The notes below the pieces were generated by a model. The model did not search any database, was not told the origin of the DNA, and saw only the letters and a program-made list of their open reading frames with translations. This document shows, one piece after another, positions 24,859 to 32,000 of a DNA stretch of 32,000 bases; within the stretch, counting starts at the first letter, position 1, and each line of letters begins with the position of its first letter. Source of the stretch: Nostoc sp. PCC 7120 = FACHB-418 (lineage in GTDB: Bacteria; Cyanobacteriota; Cyanobacteriia; Cyanobacteriales; Nostocaceae); the NCBI RefSeq assembly GCF_000009705.1, contig NC_003272.1, forward strand, positions 3,450,001 to 3,482,000. Direction: 5' to 3'. The translations under genes were made by a program, and so were the position numbers.

Positions 24859-25869
24859 TTAAGCAGCGCCAGCTAGTGAATTGAGGAACAATTCTTGTTT
24901 ACTCATTTCCCAAGCGAGGGTACTATGAACTATTTGATCTATATCGTCATATTTAGGTTGCCATCCTAATACTTGACGAATTTTATCAGTACAAGCTGTC
25001 ACACAAACCGGATCACCAGAACGACGCTCCGCTTCTATCACCGGAAAATCTACGCCAGAAATTGCCTTCACCCGGTCGATAACTTGACGGACACTATAGC
25101 CTTGTCCATAACCACAGTTAAGAATTTGGCTGCTGTTACCTTGCTCTAAATAAACTAAAGCGTCTAAATGTGCTGTTGCGAGGTCTTCTACATGAATGTA
25201 GTCTCTAATTGCCGTTCCGTCTGGTGTGGGGAAATCTGTACCAAAAATTTTTACTCCTAATCTGCGTTTGAGTGCAGCATCACAAGTGACACGAATTAAA
25301 TGAGATGCGTCTTTTGTCATCTGTCCCAATCGCCCACCGGGTTCGGCTCCGGCAACATTAAAGTAACGTAGAATGACATAGCGTAGATCAGAAGCTTTGG
25401 CGTGGTCACGAATCAACCATTCACAAGAAAGTTTTGAGCGTCCATAGGGATTAATCGGTTCAGTTGCTGTAGATTCGGTGACAACGGCAGTTTCCGGTTG
25501 TCCATAAACGGCTGCGGTGCTAGAAAAGATTATTTGGTTAACACCTGTGTCGTGACAACAACGAAGTAAATTTAAAGTGTTGCGCGTGTTGTTAGCGTAG
25601 TAGTCTAGGGGACGGGCAACAGATTCTGGTACGCTCAGGCTAGCGGCGAAGTGTAAAACTGCCGTAAATTTATGTTGATGAAATACTTGAGAAAGGCATT
25701 CGGAATTTTTTAAATCACCGATAATTAACTCACCATGTAGTACGGCTTGGGGTGAACCTGTAGAGCAGTTATCATACACAACAACATCGTAGCCGGCTTC
25801 ACCTAGCTGGCGCACCACATGAGAACCAATGTAGCCAGCACCACCGGTAACTAAAACTTTTTGATTCAT
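24859..25869 (-). CDS. galE: UDP-glucose 4-epimerase (GalE-like NAD-dependent SDR)
   Basis: It has KVLVTGGAGYIGSHVVRQL (Rossmann fold) and a catalytic YGRSK. It is 336 aa. The ATG overlaps the stop of the upstream sugar transferase gene as ATGA (25866-25869). Confidence 0.8.
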   Translation of the reverse strand: MNQKVLVTGGAGYIGSHVVRQLGEAGYDVVVYDNCSTGSPQAVLHGELIIGDLKNSECLSQVFHQHKFTAVLHFAASLSVPESVARPLDYYANNTRNTLNLLRCCHDTGVNQIIFSSTAAVYGQPETAVVTESTATEPINPYGRSKLSCEWLIRDHAKASDLRYVILRYFNVAGAEPGGRLGQMTKDASHLIRVTCDAALKRRLGVKIFGTDFPTPDGTAIRDYIHVEDLATAHLDALVYLEQGNSSQILNCGYGQGYSVRQVIDRVKAISGVDFPVIEAERRSGDPVCVTACTDKIRQVLGWQPKYDDIDQIVHSTLAWEMSKQELFLNSLAGAA

Positions 25870-27275
25870 CTACCTTTACCTAATAATACTACTCGAATAG
25901 TTTTGAGAGCGATCGCTAAATCTAAAGCTAGGGAGTAATTCTTGATGTAGTAGAGGTCATAAGCTAGCTTTTCGTAAGCATCTTCAATTGATGCGCCGTA
26001 GGGATACATGACCTGCGCCCAGCCTGTAATACCAGGTTTGACGACATAACGCAAATCATAATAGGGAATTTCTTGACGCAGTTTGACATCAAATTCTGGT
26101 CTTTCTGGACGAGGGCCAATAAGGCTCATTTCTCCCCAGATAACGTTTAATATCTGTGGTAATTCATCAATTCTAGTTAGGCGTAACCAACGCCCTACTC
26201 TGGTAATTCGTGGGTCTCGTTCATCTGCCCACTGCGCCCCACGTTTTTCGGCATCTTGATACATGGAGCGAAATTTGTAAACTTTAAAAGGCTTACCTTC
26301 TAGTCCAGTGCGTATTTGAGAGTAGAACACCGGGCCAGGGCTATCTAACTTAATTGCTAAAGCTGCCAACAACATCAATGGAGATAAAAACACACATAAA
26401 CAGCACGTCAGCATAATATCTACTGAGCGCTTGAGCTTTTGACTAATGCTGTCAGCAGTTAAATTAAAACCATTACCAAAAGCCAGCCAATTATCCTCAA
26501 GCAGAGATGAGGGAAGTTTATACCACAAGGTTTCACAAACATCGGGAAGACCGTAAATGGAAACCCCAGATAAACGCAACTGCATCAGTTGTTGCATTTG
26601 TACATCAGATAACTCCGTTGGAGTCGTCACTACTACCCCTGACCAAGGTTGTTGGCTCCATTCGGATAAGTCATTCAGACTTCCTACAGAAACTCGATGA
26701 TTTTCTGTTAACTCATTGCTGTTCTGCTCTGCTGTTGTGAGAAAAATCAAGCGCCCCAACGAACTGCGTTCGAGAAAAGTTTTGCCAAAGAGGATGGCTT
26801 TTTTACCTGCGCCCAAAATTAACCAACGACTGTGTTGAGCTTGGGTTTTTGCCCAGTTTGCTGCTCCTATTCTTAACCACATAGCCCAGATAGTAAATAG
26901 CCCTAAGCTAGGAAGCCAAATTCCCCGTTTCAGAAGCAAGTCTGTTCCCCAAGCACTGGTACAGTAAATGAGTGCTGCAATGATAGCGCCAACTACAAAA
27001 TTACTAATCAAAATGCGGGATGGGGCGCGTAAACCTGCAATTTGTCTATCTGGATGGTAGGTATCTGCTAAATACAACCCTGCGAGAACTAGAAAGAAAA
27101 ATACATAAATTAACGGGTCAAAACCATGCAAATTCTTACCCAATCTCAACCATAGACACATGGAATAACTCAACACCAAACCCAAAATATCTCCTATCAG
27201 CAGCAATACACAGAGAATATTACGGGTCTGATGTGAATTACTGATTTTTTTTCCAGCAGTAAGAGTAATAACCAT
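25866..27275 (-). CDS. Polyprenyl-phosphate glycosyl-1-phosphate transferase (WbaP-like, large polytopic PGT), with intact catalytic motifs
   Basis: It is 469 aa with N-terminal TMs and a central Rossmann-like region ([10 protein letters not shown]). The C-terminal catalytic domain has [43 protein letters not shown] and GITGWAQV. Confidence 0.85.
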   Translation of the reverse strand: MVITLTAGKKISNSHQTRNILCVLLLIGDILGLVLSYSMCLWLRLGKNLHGFDPLIYVFFFLVLAGLYLADTYHPDRQIAGLRAPSRILISNFVVGAIIAALIYCTSAWGTDLLLKRGIWLPSLGLFTIWAMWLRIGAANWAKTQAQHSRWLILGAGKKAILFGKTFLERSSLGRLIFLTTAEQNSNELTENHRVSVGSLNDLSEWSQQPWSGVVVTTPTELSDVQMQQLMQLRLSGVSIYGLPDVCETLWYKLPSSLLEDNWLAFGNGFNLTADSISQKLKRSVDIMLTCCLCVFLSPLMLLAALAIKLDSPGPVFYSQIRTGLEGKPFKVYKFRSMYQDAEKRGAQWADERDPRITRVGRWLRLTRIDELPQILNVIWGEMSLIGPRPERPEFDVKLRQEIPYYDLRYVVKPGITGWAQVMYPYGASIEDAYEKLAYDLYYIKNYSLALDLAIALKTIRVVLLGKGR

Positions 27276-28239
27276 GTATGTAGGCTACTAAAAATTTCCA
27301 AGATTACAGATAAGATGAGATACAAAAAGTAATTACTCTGGAACTCTTAGCGGTAGATGTGAAAATCTCAAATACTTGAAAATCTGTCAAAACACAAAAT
27401 ATTCAGCATTGACATGAAGAAGTGCAATTCTAATACCCAAAAAGAAAAGCAATGTATGGTCAGTCAAAAAAAGACGAGTTTTCGAGAGTAATTTACTAAC
27501 CCTTTATTTTTAATCCTGTTTATAGTGATACAACCATGTGGATATTACGTAAAATGCTGAGAATATTTGATGGATTAATCAAATTAATTTTTAATAAAAA
27601 TATACAAAATCAATCTATTCCTATTTTTAATGTCAGATGATTTTCATTTTTTGAGTTTGAAATTTTTAAATGAAAGATATGCCATATCTAATTTTTGCAA
27701 TACGCTTGTATGGTCTTTCAGCGATCGCCAAGATTTTTGATAAAAAAATAAATATAACTTAGTATTTACCAAGGTAAGCACGCAGAACAACATAAAAGCG
27801 TAATAAAAGCGTAAAAACTTAGCAAAAGTGGGATGTATGATGCAGTAGCTAACGTCTAGCAACATATATCAAGATTTTACGTTGGACTGTGTGACAACAC
27901 ACACGGCTTTTATTTGATCTGCTAGATAAATAGATATTACGCCAGACAAAAGAACAGTGAAAATACGTAGGCTATTCTGGGGAAAAAGCTTGATAATCTT
28001 TTATTAAATCTTTATTGATTATTTAAATCAGGTTGCATTCAATCAGTAGCAGTAATTAAGGAAAATAAATCAGCGAACAATGATTACAGTTTCACAGCTT
28101 TAATCAATGGAAAAACCTAGCATAATGCTTGAAAAAAGCCCGGACACTCGAAGCTTAATTTTAGAGTGAACAATGCCTACAATACCCCTAGTTTGATAGG
28201 TACTGATCTAGGTGGATTTCAAAAAAATTCTAGGAATTC

Positions 28240-28428
28240 TATAGGACTCATACTTGATTTTTGAAATATACGTAGGGGAGCCACTGCGTTGGTGAAGCAG
28301 TACGGTCTTGGGGTTTCCCCAAGTGGAGTAACTGCTGAAAGGGTTTCCCGGCTTGGAGCAAGTGGCGTTGGGCAATGCCCACCCTACAGATAATGAGAAT
28401 TTTTTAGAAATCAAATCGGATTCCTATA
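28240..28428. mobile_element. Complete MITE-like element (about 189 bp) with terminal inverted repeats
   Basis: The left end is tataggactcatacttgatttttgaaata. The reverse complement of the right end is tataggaatccgatttgatttctaaaaat. The interior contains gggtttcccc/ggggtttccc-type self-complementary segments and the gggcaatgcccaccc hairpin that is also seen at 3720 and 17053. It has no coding capacity. Confidence 0.7.
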
Positions 28429-28541
28429 TAACTGAATAAATGTTGAATATTTCCTTTATTTGGCTGCATTACTGTTCTACATCAATATAAATGAAATAAC
28501 TAATTTTTAGTAGTGTCAATCTTTAGGGTATTATCTGAACT

Positions 28542-30752
28542 ATGCCTTCCCAACAAGACGATCAAGACCTGATTAACTTCCAACAGTATTGGCTGATTGT
28601 AAAAAGACGTTGGTTGCTGATAGCCGCGATTATAGGGTCGGTATTTGGAGTCACAGGGTTGGTTACTTTTAGCCAAAAACCAATTTATGAAGCTGATGGC
28701 AAACTCCTTTTTAATAAGCAAAGTGGCGTTTCTTCCCTAACAGGGGTAAGTGAGCAACTGGGGCAACTCAGTGGGGTGACAAATCTTTCTAATCCTTTGG
28801 AAACTGAAGCAGAAATCATTCGCTCAAACCCCATAATTCAAAAAACCATTGCTGAGTCCCAGCTTAAGGATGAACAGGGACAACCTTTAGAAATAGATGA
28901 TTTTCTCCGGAACTTAAAAATTAAAAGTGTCCGAGGGACGGATATTTTACAACTTTCTTATCGTAGTGCTGATCCTAAAGAAGCAACAGCGATTGTCAAT
29001 AAGTTAATGAGCGCTTATTTGGAGAACAATGTTCGCAATAACCGTTCTGAAGCTACAGCCGCACGGGAATTTTTAAGCAAGCAATTACCTCTAGTCGAAG
29101 CGAAAGTCACAGAAGCAGAAGCAGCACTACGTCGGTTCAAAGAAAAATACGAGGTTGTTTCCCTACAAGAAGAAGCTATACAAGGAGTCAAAAGGCTCAA
29201 TGAATTATCCGGACAGGTGACTCTACTGCGCGCACAGTTGGTTGATGCTAGAACTCGTTCTGGTGCTTTGCAAAATCAATTGGAATTGAACACCAAGCAA
29301 GCTATGGCACTGAGCAGCTTAAGCCAATCCAATGCAGTACAACAAGTGCTATCAGAATACCAAAAGGTTCAAGACCAGTTAGCTGTAGAGAGGTCACGAT
29401 TTACTGAGGAACACCCGGTTATTGCTAATTTATTAAATAAAGAACAAGCTCTCAAAGCACAGCTAGAAGGAAGAGTTAGCAAAACTTTAGGTAGTTCGCA
29501 GCCGATTCCAGAGCAAGATTTACAAATAGGGGAACTCAAACAGGCTCTAACCGCTAACTTGGTGCAGGTGGAAGTTGAACGATTGGGATTAGAAAATCAA
29601 GTTGGTGTGTTGATGAAGGCATTTGTACTTTATCAAGCACGTCTGAGAGTCCTACCCAAGTTAGAACAACAACAACTACAGTTACAACGACAGCTACAGA
29701 TAGCCCAAACAACCTATGAACAAATGCTAAAACGATTGCAAGATGTTGAGGTGGTGGAAAATCAGAATGTGGGTAATGCCAGGATTGTTTCTGAAGCTTT
29801 ACTTCCCAAAACACCAGTTTCTCCTCGTATCCTCTTGAATTTAGCACTTGGTGGATTTTTAGGCTTTTTCTTAGCTATTGGTGCAGCTTTATTGCTAGAG
29901 GCTGGAGACAAGTCTGTGAGGACACTAGAAGAAGCTCAACAGTTGTTGGATTATCCTTTATTGGGTACAATTCCAGTTTTTGATCAAAAAGTGAGACTGG
30001 CTCGTGGTGAGAGTATTACCGAATTACCAGTACTCAATAACCCTTACTCTTCAGTTAATGCAGCCTTTGAAATGCTCCAGATTAATCTGGGTTTCACCTT
30101 TTCTGATAAGAAACTGAAGGTAATTGTGGTTAGCAGTTGCGTGATGAATGAGGGTAAGTCTTTTATTGCTGCTAATTTGGCGGTAGCAACTGCCCAAATG
30201 GGACGGCGAGTATTATTGATTGATGCAGATATGCGTCGCCCACGTCAACATGAAATGTGGCAGCAACCTAACTTGATGGGATTAAGCAATGTTTTAGTGG
30301 GTCAGGCTACCCTAGCCGAAGCTGCTAAGGAAGTGGTAATTAATCTAGAATTACTTACTTCTGGTACTATACCGCCTAACCCAGCTGCACTACTAGATTC
30401 ACAGCGTATGAATGCGTTACTCCAACAAGCGGCTAAAGATTATGACTGCGTAATTATTGACACTCCACCTTTAAGTGTTTTGGCGGATGCTTCGATAGTA
30501 AGCAAGATGGCGGATGGAATGCTATTGGTTGTACGTCCTGGTGTGGTTAATTCGGCTGCGGCTAAGACTACAAAGACACTTATTGAGCATTCGCGTGTGC
30601 CAGTCTTGGGAATGGTGGTGAATTGTGTAGCTACTGATAGTAATGACTACAGTTACTACTACTCCCATAAAAATACTGGAGAGAGTAATTCTAGCAAGAA
30701 GGATAGGATTAAGTCTAATTTAAGTAAGATTACTGGGTTAAGACTGCTGTAA
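28542..30752 (+). CDS. Wzc-type polysaccharide co-polymerase / BY tyrosine autokinase
   Basis: It is 736 aa. It has TM1 WLLIAAIIGSVFGVTGLV, a coiled-coil periplasmic domain and TM2. The kinase domain has NEGKS (Walker A), VLLIDADMRRP (Walker A'), CVIIDTPP (Walker B) and a C-terminal Tyr cluster DYSYYYSH. Confidence 0.85.
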   Translation: MPSQQDDQDLINFQQYWLIVKRRWLLIAAIIGSVFGVTGLVTFSQKPIYEADGKLLFNKQSGVSSLTGVSEQLGQLSGVTNLSNPLETEAEIIRSNPIIQKTIAESQLKDEQGQPLEIDDFLRNLKIKSVRGTDILQLSYRSADPKEATAIVNKLMSAYLENNVRNNRSEATAAREFLSKQLPLVEAKVTEAEAALRRFKEKYEVVSLQEEAIQGVKRLNELSGQVTLLRAQLVDARTRSGALQNQLELNTKQAMALSSLSQSNAVQQVLSEYQKVQDQLAVERSRFTEEHPVIANLLNKEQALKAQLEGRVSKTLGSSQPIPEQDLQIGELKQALTANLVQVEVERLGLENQVGVLMKAFVLYQARLRVLPKLEQQQLQLQRQLQIAQTTYEQMLKRLQDVEVVENQNVGNARIVSEALLPKTPVSPRILLNLALGGFLGFFLAIGAALLLEAGDKSVRTLEEAQQLLDYPLLGTIPVFDQKVRLARGESITELPVLNNPYSSVNAAFEMLQINLGFTFSDKKLKVIVVSSCVMNEGKSFIAANLAVATAQMGRRVLLIDADMRRPRQHEMWQQPNLMGLSNVLVGQATLAEAAKEVVINLELLTSGTIPPNPAALLDSQRMNALLQQAAKDYDCVIIDTPPLSVLADASIVSKMADGMLLVVRPGVVNSAAAKTTKTLIEHSRVPVLGMVVNCVATDSNDYSYYYSHKNTGESNSSKKDRIKSNLSKITGLRLL

Positions 30753-31173
30753 CTGGTTAATATTTTAGAGAAACCCGTGTTATCTCTGAGGTGTTAAAGA
30801 TTTAGCTTGGGTAAAGTTATAGGCGAAACATGAAGTTAATACGGTTGGTATATAAGAATCCAGTTCGATCTCTGAAAAATCAAGCTAGTTAGCTAAAAGC
30901 TTGTCTTGTAAAAGAACATTGATGACTTTAAATTTTTTGGAACAGAAGCATGTTTTCCTAGTAAAACTAGTTTGTTTCAATTTAGTTGGAGATGATTTTC
31001 CAAAGTTCAATATTACTGTTTATTTGAATCAAGTGATTTTAAATAGGTTTAATAAAGAACATTTAACAGGTATAAAATCCGCTAGTACATCAAGCTTTTA
31101 TGCTACTTATAAAATTAAGTAGCCTTGAAAGTTTGAGTTACTAAATAATGCTTCCTTTTCATCAGATAATCTA

Positions 31174-32000
31174 ATGCTTAGACACGGATTTTATAATCTT
31201 GTAGGAAATTCTACTCGCCTATTAGTGAGTATTGTTTCTACTCCTATTCTAATTCGTTCCCTTGGAATTGAAAACTATGGATTATGGACGCTTGTTTCAA
31301 GTACATTGGTAGTTGTGAGTTTAGCAGAAGGTGGATTATCTGCATCAACTACATTTTTTACATCGAGAGATTTAGGGCGTGGTCACAAAGATGACCTTCT
31401 GACAACTTTAACGATGATCGGTGGGGCTATGTTTGTTTTAGCGACACTGATATTTACCATCCTATTTTTTATTTCACCTATTGTTGCAGCTTCATTTCCA
31501 AACTTGAGTGATGCACAGCGTTTAATAATTACACCAACACTGAAGTGGGGTGGTGTAGCTATTTGGTGTCGCATGGTACAAGGTGTCTTTGGTGGTACAG
31601 AGCAAGCCTATGAGAAGTATGCTTTGAATAATTTACTTAATACTCTGCAAGGTGTATTTGCAAATATTGGAATGATGATTCTAGCTTGGCAGGGTGCGAG
31701 TATAATTGTTCTAATGGAATGGCAGGTTTTCGTTGGTGTTATAACTCTTGGGTGTCATGCTTGGTTAACTCTGACGCTACTCAAAATAACTGATCACAGA
31801 ATTAGAATATCTTGGAATTGGGCGAAGGTATTAGAGATTATTCGATATAGTTGTTCAGTTTGGATTACCTCTATTGGTAATGTTCTATTTAGTCAGTTTG
31901 ATAAAATTATCGTTGGGGCATTACTAGGTTCAAAATTGTTAGGAGTATATTCGGCAATTACTAGTGTTTGTTCTCAAATAAACAATTTTTCAGCAACTGT
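31174..32000 (+). CDS. Wzx-type (MOP superfamily) polysaccharide flippase, 3'-partial
   Basis: It is not in the ORF track because it has no stop codon before the window end. I translated it by hand from ATG 31174, the first ATG after the in-frame TGA at 31126. That gave 275 codons without a stop: MLRHGFYNLVGNSTRLLVSIVSTPILIRSLGIENYGLWTLVSS..., a typical Wzx N-terminus, followed by multiple TM segments. Confidence 0.7.
   Translation, partial: MLRHGFYNLVGNSTRLLVSIVSTPILIRSLGIENYGLWTLVSSTLVVVSLAEGGLSASTTFFTSRDLGRGHKDDLLTTLTMIGGAMFVLATLIFTILFFISPIVAASFPNLSDAQRLIITPTLKWGGVAIWCRMVQGVFGGTEQAYEKYALNNLLNTLQGVFANIGMMILAWQGASIIVLMEWQVFVGVITLGCHAWLTLTLLKITDHRIRISWNWAKVLEIIRYSCSVWITSIGNVLFSQFDKIIVGALLGSKLLGVYSAITSVCSQINNFSAT

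Noticed and set aside
26507-27865. These are ORFs 26507-26740 and 27020-27244 (opposite the PGT gene) and 27644-27865 (intergenic).
   Set aside because: The first two are antisense shadows. The third is an AT-rich chance ORF with a Phe/Lys/Leu-rich translation.
28208-28721. These are ORFs 28208-28414 and 28500-28721 on the minus strand.
   Set aside because: The first lies entirely within the MITE. The second overlaps the wzc start region in antisense.
29015-29847. These are antisense ORFs within wzc (29015-29200, 29554-29847).
   Set aside because: They are shadow ORFs. The VVVTVVVVV run is the complement of the Gln/Leu-rich coiled-coil codons.
30790-30880. This is a tRNA-like T-loop sequence (ccagttcgatctctg) downstream of wzc.
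   Set aside because: The flanking bases do not form a T-stem (tccag vs tctga), and no acceptor or anticodon arms can be drawn.
30901-31122. This is a 73-aa plus-strand ORF (TTG start) between wzc and wzx.
   Set aside because: It is AT-rich with a Phe/Asn/Lys-rich translation, a non-ATG start and no RBS. It is probably non-coding leader sequence of wzx.
31383-31574. This is a 63-aa minus-strand ORF.
   Set aside because: It is antisense to the hand-translated Wzx flippase CDS, which is open for 275 codons to the window end.

Overview
This window is chromosomal DNA from a filamentous, heterocyst-forming cyanobacterium of the Nostoc/Anabaena type. The evidence is many HIP1 octamers (GCGATCGC), STRR heptamer arrays (CCCCAAT/CCCCAGT, CAACAGT), a CP12 gene, and a hepC-hepA gene pair. 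The sizes of that pair (765-bp hepC ORF, 607-aa HepA) match what I remember of the HEP (heterocyst envelope polysaccharide) island of Anabaena/Nostoc sp. PCC 7120. Layout: (a) 1-12973, + strand, HEP-island-like cluster: a 5'-truncated Wzc-like co-polymerase, hepC, hepA (ABC exporter), five glycosyltransferases (four GT2, one GT4) and a Wzy/O-antigen-ligase-like membrane protein. (b) 13133-21580, - strand, mostly housekeeping genes: a PEP-CTERM protein, an atypical PhoA alkaline phosphatase, a small membrane ORF, a CDF metal exporter, guaA, cbiD, two conserved unknowns and CP12. (c) 22110-24539: a FIST-domain protein and a metallophosphoesterase. (d) 24859-32000, a second and apparently uncharacterised polysaccharide locus: a WbaP-like phosphoglycosyl transferase plus GalE on the - strand, diverging across a 1.27-kb AT-rich region from a canonical Wzc tyrosine kinase and a 3'-truncated Wzx flippase. 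That flippase is absent from the ORF track because it runs off the window. The intergenic regions carry MITE-like elements, heptamer and octamer tandem arrays, and hairpins. I found no rRNA, tRNA, CRISPR, prophage or recognisable defence system. I cannot honestly point to a clear, novel multi-gene system. The most interesting leads are that HepC appears to be a catalytically dead phosphoglycosyl transferase, that MITE fragments coincide with the dispensable segments of the published hepA control region, that a G-quadruplex-prone heptamer array forms the whole leader of the first glycosyltransferase, and the second polysaccharide locus. All family assignments come from motif recognition by eye. 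No searches were run.
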